From: Spizellomyces punctatus DAOM BR117
Taxonomy: Eukaryota
Reading direction: 5' to 3' (one strand)
DNA length: 64,000 nt
Assembly: GCA_000182565.2 (NCBI GenBank)
Contig: KQ257457.1
Each line of letters opens with the position of its first letter. The first letter of the stretch is position 1. The notes under the pieces are model-generated. The model was not told where the DNA came from. It ran no database searches and saw only the letters and a list, made by a program, of their open reading frames with translations. Below are positions 49,401 to 63,300 of the stretch, piece after piece. The translations under genes were made by a program, and so were the position numbers.

Positions 49401-52400
49401 GAGCTCCTCTTGTACAAGGTTGATACTCCACCCATCGAACACGATATGGTGAACCCCTAGAACTGGGAAAGTATTCCGGAACAATGTGAGCCAGCCGATT
49501 GAGAAATACTGATACAATCGATCACTTACCCACGACGCAACTAAGAGTATCCAGCTCAACCACCGAGAAACGCGCAACTGGCCCGTTCTTCAGATCAAAA
49601 GGCGTACTGTATTCGTGATTTATTATTGAACAGATTACATTGGCTTCACTCAAATCCAAGGAATTGATGACCCGGATATCGGATGCTGCGGCTTCTAATT
49701 CGAGTACGTGAACTTCAAGATTCCCATCGTTGTCAGTCCCAAAGGTGCTATTCAAACTGTCATGTCGTTGTTGCAGTTCTCTGATGGCATTTACAACTTC
49801 GGATGAGGTATGGCCTTCTATAGGAAAGGCTTGCACAATGTGATAATTGCAGCTTTCGGGGTTCTGTAGTTGATAGAGCCACATACGCTCCTCATGCGGA
49901 GAAGCGCCTCTAACATCCGCTCGCGGTTGCAGTGTGATTTTCGGCAAACTTACACTATCAGTGTCAGATCGAACGGCTTCAATGCGAGCAGCGAGTGCCG
50001 AAATAGTTGGACAGTCGAATACATCCGCCAACCGCAGTCCCACGTAGTTCATATCAGTCTTCAGTCTTCCCAAGACTTTTGCCGCCGCTAGAGAGTTCCC
50101 GCCGACTTCAAAAAAATTGGTACGGACATCAATCTGATTGCCTGATTGCAAGACTTCGTTCCATAATTCAGCAATACGTTTTTCGGTATATGAGTTGGGT
50201 AAATTTTGATCTCCGGCGGCTTTCTCGATTACTGGTGCGGGCAACTGTGCCTTGTCCAACTTTCCATTACGGGTCAGCGGTAAAGACGGCAATTGAATAA
50301 AGGTTGAAGGTACCATATACGGAACGAGGAATTGAGCACAGTGCTGCCGAAGATTTGACGTGTCCATTTGCAAGGCAGTTCCTTCTATTAAAGTCCTCAT
50401 CACTACGTAAGCAACGACTCGATCCTCTCGCAACTGTACAGTAACGGCTGCAATATCGCGATGAGCGGCTAGTACTGACTCGATCTCCCCCAGTTCGATA
50501 CGGTAACCGCGAAGTTTGACTTGCGAGTCGATTCGTCCCAGATGTTCGATGCTACCATCAGAATGCATTCTGACCAAATCATTAGTCTTGTAGAGTCGCT
50601 CCAATGCTTCGTCTCCGGTACAAAGATGATTGCAAAGGAACGTCTTTGCGGTCAATTCTTCTCGATCTAGATATCCTCTTCCGACCTGCACACCAGCTAT
50701 GTACAGTTCGCCGGGCAACCCGATTGGTACGGGTTGGAACGTTGAGGGATGCAGTACGTAATGTGCCAGATTTGGGAGCGGATATCCAATGCAATTCAGA
50801 TAGGTATCTTGCGATAGTACGGTAACGGACGTGAAGACAGCGCACTCGGTCGGACCTTAGAGCACAAGTCGTTAGAGTCCAAGGTCAAATTTCGCAAACC
50901 TGATCATGCAAGGCAAAGCTACCGTATGCGTTCACTATCTTAATTCCCGCTTTCATGAAGGAGTTCACAGTCGAGCGAAGATACCCTTCCCCGCTGATAT
51001 GGATTGTGCGTAGCGTCTGTGCGGCTCTGATGGGATCCAATAGAGGCATTGCGCTCGGTGTTAGTCCCATGACGTCAATCTGATGCTTTTCTACCAATGC
51101 CGTGAGATCCTGCAAAAGATCCTGTTTACTGACAACGTAAAGGGTGGCGCCATACGTGAAGGGAATAAGAAGATCAGCGATGCTAACATCTAAAGCAGAA
51201 TAACAGTTGCGTTACATCGGATGGGAAGTCACATAAAGCGATTTTGTTATATGAACTCACCAAACGTATACTGAAAGAATCCTAGGTATCTAGAAACAGA
51301 ATCGATAAAGTCCGGCATTATCGTCTTTGCCATGTTGAAGGTACATCGATGGTCCAATAAGCACAGCCTTCGGAGTTCCCGTTGTGCCCGAGGTGAACAG
51401 GCAGTAGGCAAGGCTTTCCGGTTTCAAACCAACCTCGGCGTTATCAATGTTCTTGGAAGGTACTCTCTTCAGATCTCGCTGTAAGTGGTCATCATCCCAA
51501 TTTAATTGTAGCAAGTGCGCGAACTCTTGGCGCCCTTCGCCGACGAAATGATGCAACTGTTGATCCTCAGTAAAAAGAAACCGAATTCTCGTATCCTTCA
51601 CCATGTGCAACATCCTTCCTGGGGGAGCTTCGGTATCTAATGGTACATAGGCACCACCAGCTTTCCAGATCGCGAGAATGGAGATGGCAATACGGTGGCT
51701 TCTTGACAAGCAAATACCGACGATTTCTTCCCGTTTCAGGCCTTGGGAGCGTAGATATCTCGCCAGTTTATTTGCCTCGTCATTAACTTGTCCATAAGTT
51801 AGCGTGATGTCTCTGAAGATCACAGCCGGAAAATGTGGTTTCTTCGCAGCCGTGCTTTCGAATATACTATGAAGGAGCGCTGATTCATCTAAGTGTCGCC
51901 TCCCACAGTTAAAATCGTGAACCACAAGCTTTCGTTCCTCAGCAGGCATGGTACTACTCAAGGTGTCAAGCGAATCCGTGTCCGATTGCATTGCAATTAC
52001 AGTTAGAATTGATTGCAACTGTAAGAGAAGCCTTTCCACTGTTCCCCTCAAGTACAGGTTGCCATCAAATTGAACAGTCCATTCAATAGCTCCTTCCTCC
52101 TCACATGTGAAATGGAATATCATCTCCAGCGGAGATAACCGGTCGTCCACGGGCATCGGACCCTTGTGCGCAGCTGGGGACTCGAAAGTACTCTGGAGGA
52201 CTTGTCCGGTACCAGTCAGTTCAATCAGCATGAACTGGTGCAGAGGGTGACGACCAGGTAAACGTGGCGGGTTGACGGCTGCGAGGACGTCGGAGAACGG
52301 GAGTTGCTCATTGTCAAAAGCGTCGAGACATGTTTTTCTGGCTCGATCCAGGACATCATTGAAATTCTTGCAGTCAGATATGTTTATACGGAGAGCTAAC

Positions 52401-53427
52401 TTGTTCCTCACGTGGTCGGATGTTTCCACGGTTGAGACTGAGCCAATACAGATGTCCTCGCTCCGCATCCATCGGCTCATAAGCACATTCAATGCACTGA
52501 GAATCACAACAAAGGGGGATGTCTGTTTCGTTGAGGCATAGTAGACAATGGCGTTCGATAGCTCCAAGGAAAAACTGAATTGATGATATCTCATCGACGG
52601 GATATGTGCCTCTCCGTTGTGCGCTTTATCAGTTGGAAAAGGGCAGGAAGGCGCCTTTTTCAACTGCTCCGCCCAATACGCCGTCTGCACTACCGAGGAG
52701 ATGAGAGACTCGCATGTAAGCTGCTCAACATTGGGGAGCATCATCTTGGTCAGCGTAGCGCGTAATTGCTGGGCACAAGACTCTGCCGTGTCCGGGAAGG
52801 TACAAGGATCGACCGAGATACGGCCGGTGAACGCGGCGGATGCTGAATCCAAGATCTCGAGGCGGATGTCGGAGTCCGATGGGAGATGTGATGACAAGCT
52901 GCAACGTGCGAGTCATGAGAACAAGCTAGGTCAACAAGCAGCCATTAAAACGAACCTTGCATCGCGGAGAAGAACGGTAAGAGAATGGGGAGTCTCAGAA
53001 ATAAGTGCAGCCGTCTTTTTTGCGATTTGCTTGATCGTCCATCCGACCGTAGCTTGCATGTTGAGTGGTTCGCACTGGACTACCTGTGGCTTTGTGTCGA
53101 TCGAATCGGTAGCAAAGCGCTTGATAAGGGTGATGGAGAGAGGTCTCTCGTGCTGGCGGTTCAAAACAATGACCAATGCCGCCAACGCATAGATGAGAAG
53201 ATTGTTGATTTCATTCGTACAGTCCTTCTTGACGCGAAGTTCGCTCAGGATATCGGAGGTAAGCGTGAAGTCGGCTTGTAAGGGTGCAATCGGGTGCGAT
53301 CTTTTTCGCATAAAGGAGTTATGGGTCATTAGTAAATGCAATAGGTCAAAGCGCATTAATCGTCATACCCAGCGTCCGAAGCTGCGTCGATCTCGACGTC
53401 GAGTGCTTCAAAGCCTTTGGGCGCCAT
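37495..53427 (-). CDS. Multimodular NRPS: halfC-A1-T1-C-halfC-A2-T2-C-A3-T3-C-A4-T4-FSH1 hydrolase-APH-like phosphotransferase; ~13 introns; apparent frameshifts (possible pseudogene or assembly errors)
   Basis: Four A3 motifs (FTSGTTGTPK, YTSGSTGAPK, YTSGSTGNPK, YTSGSTGKPK); four T motifs (GGNSL, GGDSL, GGDSM, GGHSM); three HHxxxDG (HHIVFDG, HHSLYDG, HHALYDG); ILCLHGQG..GFSQG..GGHDIP; HGDAVLAN..DWG; most exon junctions restore the frame with GT-AG introns. Confidence 0.9.
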
Positions 53428-53599
53428 AATGGCAGATGAGGTGCTGTAGGGAAGGACTTGGCTCGTTGAATGACGGACAGTGTGCCAGGACTTCAAGTTA
53501 AATCGAACGGACTGTCACCATCACGGCCGCCCAAGCGCAGTTTTTTTTTTTTGTCCTTGGTTTTTTGATTTCCTTTCTTTGTGTGCTTTATCGTTGTAG

Positions 53600-53975
53600 G
53601 TTAGAAGAGTATAGCAGTAGGGCAAATTTGCCCCGGCGACCTACCGGACAGTCATAAGCATCTTTCGATTCAAATTTCGCTTTCTCTCCTGGCTTCAACC
53701 GTATAATGGGCAATGCATCATAAAGAACCCTTGGATAACTCTCTACAATTGAATTCTCTTCAATATCCCATCGAGCCCCCTCCAAGAAAATTCCATTGAT
53801 GTAAGCGCCTTCTTCCGGCCGTACCCCAGCACTGCGGGTAGGCCGTACTTGAAACTCAAACGTCAACAAGTCGATGGGAATGGTGTACTTCCGGGCATAG
53901 TTTTGCAAGCATCCCGTAAGAAAACTTTGGGTGAAAAAGAATGCACTGAGCCAAAAGACTGTCTTCTGCCAGCAA
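53600..53975 (-). pseudogene. Isolated fragment of a dynein heavy chain C-terminal domain (axonemal type)
   Basis: VFWLSAFFFTQSFLTGCLQNYARKYTIPIDLLTFEF..GAYINGIFLEGARWD..YDCP; no other dynein exons on either side. Confidence 0.85.
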
Positions 53976-54469
53976 AAAAGACCAAAAAGCCCATCGAAGT
54001 ACATCGGCTGAAGATGGAGTGTCGGAGTTGCCGCGTGGACTTGCATGACTGTGCCACACCGAAAAGCTCGCCTTATTTAATTAGCTGTCCGTCCCCAGCA
54101 AATTAAGTGGCTTAGTCCCGCGATCTGCCAGCTTTGATCGTTTTGCACCCCATGTGAGCAATCACTTTTGATAAGTTGGGGCTGCTCAGGCACCGCGCAG
54201 CCCATTCCCCGGTCAGCAAAACCTCCGGAAAAGTGCCGTTTTTTTGGATGTTGGCGGAATCTTTGCCATATCGCATTTGCTCCATGAGAATGTCGACCTT
54301 CTTCTACCCAAATTTACCAAATTGCCTGTTTGAATGTATTCGTGGCTGCAACAGAAGCTATTGGAATGGGCTAAAAATGTCGACCTGTTGCTCGTCTCTC
54401 TGCTTGTGGTTCCTCTTCTTTGGGATCCCCTCAGTGCCAGCAGAAGGGTGACCCATCCTTGTTTCTGCA

Positions 54470-57400
54470 ATGGGCGAGACAAACGAAAGCAACTCGGCGT
54501 CTGCTCCAATGCTTCGCAAGGAACTTCGTCGCCCATTCTTGTCCAATGTCTTTCTCTCCTGGATCGACCCGTTCGTGAGACTGGGATATAAGAAGGCGCT
54601 TGATGAACAGGTTTGCCTTGATTATACTTGCTAACGATATAATACCGCTATTTCTTACCGCAGTCTTCATCGTAGGATCTTGGCTCACTTCCGAAAAGCC
54701 AGCAGGGTTTGTGCAATTGATCTTTGTTACGTTCATGTCGCTCGGTGGATCTGTTCGAATTGATTTTGTCTGTGATGCTAGCCGTCTCAGTCGCTAACGA
54801 CCTCAGTAGTTTCTGGGAGCAGTACAAACGTTATACGGACCCTTTCGAAAATACTTTATGCACGCCACCAAGCCTCACGAAGTCGCTCGCTCTTCTCTAC
54901 GCACCAAGATTGTAAGCCGTACAGCAACACCTTGCACACCCTGTACCTGTAGTAATCTATTCATGCTCATCACAGGGTATTGATTGCCCTCCTCCGTGCG
55001 ATTGCTCTTGTCATCACTCTCGGGCTTCCTTTTGTCATGATTCCGCAAGTGTTGCAATATGTGAATCCTCAACCTGATGGCCCCAAGCTTTTCGTCGAAT
55101 CTGGTGTTGCGATTGCATTCATTTTGTGCGCCCTCCAACTCGTCTTATCCCTGTGCTCAAATGGGGTACAAATGCTCGGGCTCGACCTTACTGTGGAAGC
55201 GACCGCAGTTTTGACTGATGCATTGTATGAGAAAACTCTTCGCCTCTCTCATAAAGCCCGCCTACAGTTCCCTGCTGGTCATATCATCACTCTCATCAAT
55301 GCCGATGTCACCAAAGTTGCTACGTACTCGAACTTCATTAATCCAATGTGGACTGCTCCGGTGCATATAATTGTGTGCTGCGTTTTGCTTGGGAAACTAT
55401 TGGGTCAAGTGGTCTGGGTATCCATCGGCCTGTTTGCTATCTTCATTGGTCTGCAAACACCATTAGGCGCAGGCTTTGGGAAGGCCGTGGGGGGCTACAT
55501 GAAATCCATGGATGCGCGTATCAAGCTCCTTCGCGAGTTCCTGTACGGTGGGTGTGTCTCCTGGTAGATGCCCGCTTTTGGTTGGTGTTTCTAAGCTTCT
55601 GCATATGTGCTTTACAGGCGTCAAAGTAATCAAATACGCCGCTTGCGAAGACTACTTCTTTAAAAAGATTTCGGCAGCGCGCAAGATTCAGAATAAATCC
55701 TTCCGGTTGTTCTGTACGGTGATTTTCTGGCTAAGCAGCGTCAAGCAACTGCAGCAGGTCCTTGTGCCCGTCATCACGTTCGTCGTTTTCGCGGCAGTCG
55801 GAGGCGATATGTCTGGTTCCGCTCCTTTCTCCGTGCTTGGTCTATTTTCCACCCTTGCCACTCCTTTCTCCGACATTACCGATGTAGTGGCGTGAGTATG
55901 CGATCAATTCCTTAACATATATGATTTGATGATTTGACCCTGGATATTTGTTGGACAGAAATCTGAGTCAGTTCCTGGTGTCCATGCGACGCATTCAGTC
56001 ATTGCTGCTTGCGGAGGAAGTCGAGCCATCACATCTCACGGGCCGCCTGGAGAAGGTTAAGAATATAGATGACGCAATTACGCTGCAAAATGCCTGTTTT
56101 TGCTGGGAATCGTCAAAGAACAGTGAGTCCGAAGCAGATGCAAAACCCCCATCGACTTTCCAACTACGAGATATGTCTATCAACATCCCGCGAGCCAGTT
56201 TAACCGCCATTGTAGGCGCTGTTGGAGCAGGAAAATCTTCTTTCTTTTCCGCTCTCGTGGGAGATATGCGTAGAACTGATGGCGAAGCCAATGCATATGG
56301 AACCATGGCCTATTGTCCCCAAGAACCTTGGATTATAACCGGTACCATCAAGGAGAATATCCTCTTCAATTCGAATGTGACGGACGAACGGCTTTCGAAT
56401 GCTTTCTCTGTGTGCCAGTTGAATCGTGATCTGCAATTGCTGTCACATGGTGTCGATACACAGATTGGGGAGAAAGGTGTTAATCTGTCTGGGGGTCAGA
56501 AAGCTCGAGTTGCGCTTGGTATGTGATCTCACGTTGGAAGACAGACGGATTTTTATGTCCTGGACTGAAAGTCTCATCGTTGATTTGCAGCACGTGCCGT
56601 ATATCGAGATGCAGATATATACCTCTTGGACGATCCAATCGCGGCCTTGGATGCACATGTCAGCAAAGAAGTGTTCGAGAAAACCATTTGCGGAGCTCTG
56701 CGAGGAAAAACTGTTTTGCTAGCGACGCATCAGCTACATCTTTTGCCAGAAGTGGACCACATCATTGTTCTTGAGCATGGAAGGATAGTTCAAGCGGGCA
56801 CGTTCCCGAATTTGATGAGCGACAAAAATGGATTGCTCGCTCAGATGATGAAAGATTTCCATGTCGCTGAGGTGACTGCCTATGAAGACGCAGAAGAAAA
56901 CGATGATGTAATCGAGACAAAAGATGAGCTAAATACGGCTCCAGCTACAACCCCATCTTCAAAGGCCCAAGGAATTGTTGCGGAGGAGCGTAAGAAGGTA
57001 AGAGACGTTGCCTTACTGTGATTTTACCGAATGAGTCCGACAATGTCGCATCCGCCTTGTAGGGACAAGTAACGGGTGCCACAATTGTATCCTACTTTAA
57101 AGCCGGAGGAGGGATCCCTTTCGCCTTTAATGTCATTTGCTCTACCATTCTCCTCATCGTTGCAAGCAGTGCCGTGCTTCTATCTCTTTCGTGGTGGTCA
57201 ACCAATCGCTTTGGTTGGACTTCCTGGCAGTATATTGGATTTTACGCAGGGGTGGGCGTATTTTCCTCGGCCATGAGCAGTAAGTAGTTATGTTTGCAGA
57301 GTGCACTATACCATGGTCTCTCTTACCGACACAACCACTTTCCAATCGTTGCAAAGTGTGTATGAGTGGAGCCATCGCTTATGGGGGTTATAAAGCGGGA

Positions 57401-59114
57401 CGTGCATTCCACCGATTGGCTATGAATGGTCTTTTACAGGCCCCTATGAGTTTTTTTGAAAGTCAGCCTGTCGGCAGGATTATAAGTCGCTTGACCACTG
57501 ATGTTAAAGACGTGGTAAGTTCTGAATTTCTACTAAAAGTGGGCGCGACTAAATGCTTTTGCATTGGGCATGCAGGATCTTAATTTTCCAAATACATTTA
57601 TCGACCTCTTTGCAACTGGCACAAATGTCATTTCCACCCTCATCGTTATTGTATATGCCAATCTCCTCTTACTCGGTGAGTGAAAGCAACCAAAAAAAGT
57701 TGCAGGATCTAATTGTCTCTCCCAAATAGTTTTACTTGCGGTGCTAGCATTCTTGTACTTCCTTCTCTTCCGCTACTATCAATCAAGTTTCCGCGAACTA
57801 AAGCGCCTGCAATCTATCATGAGGTCACCGCTCAGTGCACATGTATCAGAAACGCTGAACGGACTCTCGACGATCATGGCGTATAAAGTACATGACAAAT
57901 TCATTGCCAATCAACGTTCGAGGACGGATCAGAGTAATCTATCCACTCTTTTCTATAACGCGACTCGACTATGGTTTTTGTTAAGGCTTGAAATACTGTC
58001 AACGTCGGTTGTCTTGGTTTTGGTTTTGGTTGCTCCCTTGAAGATTACGGACTCTAGTACCATGGCTGTGTCTCTTACATCGGCCATCTCGCTTGGTTCC
58101 GTGCTCATCCAGTTCTTTATCAATCTCGGGCGAGGCGAAGCGATGGTAGGTGAACTGAGTACGCAAGTAAAGGAAAAAGGGGCGGTCATATTGACGCTTT
58201 CCCTGTTTGTCTTCCCCCAGTTCAACGCTATCGAACGTCTCAACTACTACGCTAACGAATTACCCCGGGAGGCTCCTTCTGAGTTAGATAGTGATCCCAA
58301 AGGTTCCACTTGGCCATCCGCGGGAGCTATCGCTTTCAAATCCCTCCAACTAGGTTATGAATCACGCCCCGATCATCTTGTCATCAAGCACCTTGATCTC
58401 AGCATCAGACCCGGGGAGAAGATTGGCATTATTGGACGCACGGGATCAGGGAAATCCACTTTGGTGACTGCGTTGTTTAGGATCATAGAAGCGTCGGATG
58501 GCCTCATCGAAATAGATGGCCGGGATATTGCTAGTGTAGGTTTGAGGACGCTGAGGAAGGGGTTGCAAATGATCCCGCAGGAACCGACGTTATTCTCCGG
58601 GACTTTTCGTAGTAACCTTGACCTGGAATCTCGTTATACGGATGAGCAGATGTGGCAAGCTCTAGACCTGATAGGTCTGAAAACCTACATCTCCTCTCTG
58701 CCGGAGAAACTGGATGCACCCCTTACAGAAGGCGGCAGTAACCTTTCTGTGGGACAACGTCAATTGCTTTGTCTCGCCAAGGCGATCCTGGCAAATGCAA
58801 AGGTGTTGGTGATGGATGAAGCAACTGCTGCAGTTGATGCGGATGCGGATAAGAGGATCCAGCAATCGATCGCAACCACTTTTAAGGACACGACTGTGAT
58901 CAGTATAGCGCACCGTCTCAATACAATTGCTGGCTTTGATCGGGTGCTGGTGTTGGATGAGGGGAAAGCGGTCGAGTGCGATGCTCCCTGGACATTATTG
59001 GAAAGGAAGGGGTCAGTGTTTGCGGAGCTGGTCGAGGCTACAGGATCTGCGAATGCCACAGCGGTGAGAGAAATTTCACATGCTGCATTCCAACAATTGG
59101 GGTCAAAAAGATAG
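54470..59114 (+). CDS. ABCC/MRP (Yor1-like) full-size ABC exporter, TMD-NBD-TMD-NBD, multi-exon
   Basis: NBD1 GAVGAGKSS, LSGGQ, LLDDP; NBD2 GRTGSGKST, LSVGQRQ, VMDEATA; FFESQPVGRI; first exon MGETNES..LSWIDPFVRLGYKK. Confidence 0.95.
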
Positions 59115-60356
59115 ATGGTGTGCAGCAAATAGAACAATATGGAACTCTGTATTGTGGGCAATGATTACGTCGTATGCCGGGGATACAATCTGCATTTTGC
59201 GTCGCAAACCCAATGGATGTGCGATGAATGCCAAGGGAACATGGTCCGATTTCCCAATAGCTCTTTAAACCCAGCAAGAACTGCCAATTTAGCGTGGAGT
59301 ATTATACTGAGCTTTTCTCAAGGTCAGCGTTGGCCAACTTTGGGGTTAGGGCAGAGGTACAGGTGTTGCACCATCTGATCTTTATGTCATCAGAATATGC
59401 GACCATGTTACATCCTCTATCTGCGAAAAGGACCGGCTTTTCTTTTCCAAGCTGCGCTTTTATATTTCTCATCGTCTTTGGCGATTAACACGATCGGCTG
59501 ACAGAAGCAGCAGGAACAGTGCTGCCATACCTGAAAGACTTTTAAAGAGTAAATGCAAAACATGACAATCAGCCCTCAACACCCGATCTTCGGCAGATTT
59601 TGGGATGCAACGTTATATTTTACCAAAACCCAGAGGTCGCTTTACGTCTCCCCTTATATTGTTTGAAAGGTGGTCTGTCGATCGAACGTACCTCCTAAAT
59701 ATATTTCAGAAAACTTTGGCTGGGGTTTCCAAGAACGGGACTAGTCAACCAGAAATTATCTTAAAAGAAAGTACTTGTCGCTTAGATCCAGTCTGTGTTT
59801 TCCTGTTCTTTTTTTGCCGGAACTTTTTGAACCCCCTTTTTTATGCTCAGGAACTTTACTATAACCTTCTACAGTATATATCATATGTTTGGTGGCCCGT
59901 CCCCAGGGTTTCGCAAACTTTCAATCTATTCCAGTTCTCCCATCATCTCCTCAAGTCGCCTCGGCTTAGGTTCGATGCAAGGTGACTTTGGGCAGCATGT
60001 GCGAAGCCTCCCAAGAGCGTTTCTTAAATTCCCTTACTACTAGGCTAAAGTATCCTAATGCTGTGCTACGGAAACCTCGATATTTCCGAAATTCCTTTAT
60101 CTAAGTAAGCTAAAGCAACCTGGCTACACTTGGAGCTCGCCTTATAATCAAAGTTCCAGCTCATCCCCACTGCTTCTTTGACATAACCTTTGCACAGCGC
60201 AACCTCATAACATATCTCTTAATGACTGTCGCCTCTCATGATGTAAAGCAATACATTGACAGAAGATATCAAAAAGAAAAAAGCACCATATAACGAAACC
60301 ATGTCCACATATAGTCGCGATATCGCGCGTCCGCAAGACTGAACCTAGCATCTCAA

Positions 60357-63300
60357 TCAGCCGAACACATCCGTCGCATATCTGACCCCTTTCAATTCTT
60401 CAAACCACTTCTGCGCCTCTTCCTCGCCAACCCCTTTCATCTCCCTATAGATCCTGATAAAGGTCTCCCTTACGCTCTTGGCTAACTTGCTCGCACTACC
60501 ACATACGTAGAACCTCGCACCGTCAATAAACATCTCCTTTAGCTCCTCACGGTCAGCATACATGGCTTCGTAGACGTATTTATGCTGTGTAGGACGATCG
60601 GGGTATGAAGAAGGTGATGCTGGTGGTGTGGGAACACCGCTTCCACGTGAGAAACAGGGGCGGACTTGCACGGCGCCTAGTGCTGTCCACCGTTGAAGTT
60701 CGTCTCTGTATATGAAATCCTCCTCTGCATTACGGCAGCCAAAATAGAGTAAAGCTTTTCCTACCTCTCGACCACAGGCGACCATGGCCGCACGTTCCTG
60801 AATGAAACCCCTCATTGGGCTGATCCCACTCCCCGTCGCGACCATGATAATAGGGACGGTGGGGTCTAGGGGCAAGTGAAATTCTGCGGCGGAAGGACGC
60901 ACGAAGCAGGCAACCATCTCTCCCGGACTGGTACGAGAGAGATAGGTAGAGGCCACCCCGAGCTTTGTTTCGTGCCCCGAAATCGCGGGTGATTTCAGAA
61001 CGTCAATTGTTAAGGTCACATGAGAAGGGTTCCAGAGTGGCGAAGAGGAGATTGAGTATTGGCGCATTCGCATGGGTGGTAACATGGAGAGGAACTGGCC
61101 GAATTCCAATGGATGAGCAGGGTACAGTTCCAGTAGATCCAAAACCGACACGCGTTTGTTAAGGATCTCGGTATTGTAGTCTGCATCGTTGAAGCGACTA
61201 AAGGCAGATTGAAGCTCCGCAGGTGCAAGGAGACGAAGAGTGTCCAACTGGCGGCGGGTTGCCGGCTGATTTAGCTCGACGTAGCCGCCTAAAACGGTAT
61301 GAACCGGAATAGGCAGATTGGTGGGCTTGGAAATGAACTACTCTCAGATGACAAGAGAGAAAAGAAAAAAGACGACTTGGGCCCGTACCAAAAAAGTCCT
61401 CTTTTCGGTCTTTATCATGATGTTGGCATCAACTGGGAGTTTAAAGCGATACAAAACTCGTTTAACGTCGTGGATCGGATTAACAGGCATTACCCCCAAG
61501 TAGTCGCCTAGCCACCAGCGCTATTAGCTAGGTCTAAATCGTTTATTAATGACGACAACAAACTCACCAGCACGATAAGTCATACCCTCGGGGAGTTTGA
61601 TTTCTAAATGCCTTTTGGGCATCCCGCCGCATTTCAAGACGTTCGAGGTCAACTCTCGATTGTCAACTACAGCACCGTATTCAAATTTCTGGTGACTCAA
61701 GACCGTAGCTCTGTTGCTGCTCAACACTTGCACTTGGAACGTGGACGTTACGTTGGCCGCACTGCCCGCGTCAACATCATCGGCTGTAGAAGTTCCCTGA
61801 GTAGACTTAGAACCCGCCCCGAACTTGTCTTGCATCATACACCAAAATTTGTTTTCCCATTCATCGAATTCGCCAAAAAAATCTCCAGCAGCGTCAGCAC
61901 AGCCTCGATATAGTAGTCTCTCGGCCCCTACCAATGACGGGATGCATCTTAATAGTGGTATTCGAAAGTCTAATTTTCTTTATACGTCTCTTCGGCGTTC
62001 ATTTCGCCCGGCACTCACCTTTTTCATGTAACGTCTCGTCGATCAATATGGGGATTCGTTGGTATGTTTGAGCCCAACCTGTGTGTCCACATCCAAAAAC
62101 CGCGTACTTAACCCCCTTTAGCGTATCTGAGACTGACGGACCAGTGAGCCAAGCCACAAACTGGCGGGCATTATCAGGGGGTTGGCCTTCGTAAGATGAG
62201 CAGATGATTGCCACTGGATTTGTAGATAGGAGAGCCTCAGTTGCAGAGTCCAGTGTGGCCGTAGTGGCGGAAAAGCCATAGTTTGAAGCGTCAGAGGCCA
62301 GCCGATCGGCAAAAGATTCACAAGAACCTGAACATAGAGTTATGGTAGAGTACAGTAGAATAGGTAATAATTTCTAGCGCAGGTGCGTACCAGCATTAGA
62401 TCCAAATAAAATGGTTAACTTCCGTTCTCCGCCTTTATCCTGAGATCCTGTGATGGTTTCCTTCAACAAGACCTCCGCCTCTTTAGCCGCCTTGTGCCCG
62501 ACGATATCAACCGATAAAGCCCTTGGCGCCCGTACATTCTTCCTCACTCTCGCCTTCATGTAAAAATCGTTAGGTTTGATTGTCAACGTCTGCCTGATCC
62601 TCAAATCGTAAGCTGGGTCGGCCTTTTCCATATCAAACTTCTGCAAAATCATGGCGACGGTCAGCAAGCTCTCCTGCCAAGCGAACGAACGTCCGATGCA
62701 GGCCCTAAGACCACTGCCAAAAGGCTTCCACGAATTAGGCGGGAGTGCTTCGAACTTTCCCTCGAGCATGCGTTCAGGCCGGAATTCCTCAGCATCTTCT
62801 CCCCACACTTTGGAATCTCTATGGAGTTTTCCTATAATAACGCTAATAACATCATGTGCGCCTACTTCGTACTCGCCGTTCTTGAAGATGTAATTTGTCC
62901 GGCCTTCTGTCGCTTTGACCTTGCGTGTGAAGAAAGGCGCGGTTGGTTGCAAGCGCAGGGTTTCTTTCAGCACTGCGTCGATGTACGGGAGTTTGAAAAT
63001 ATGGTCAAGCGTAACGGGCTCGCCGCCCGTTACCTGGTCCACTTCAGATTGCGCCTTTTGTAGCGCGTAGGGATTGCTAAGTAGGTAATAAAATGCGAAC
63101 GAGAGCAAACCGGACGTAGTTTCGTGCCCTGTGGCAACGAAGAGCGTGTAGCTTCATTCGTTATACTCTGCAAGGTACAGTCGAGGACATACCGGCAACT
63201 AAAAATGTAACCATCTGAAAACGAATGTTTTCTTTGGACAACTGTTGGCCTGTTGCCTTGTCCCGACCTGAACCATTGATTGGTGACGAATACGTAACTG

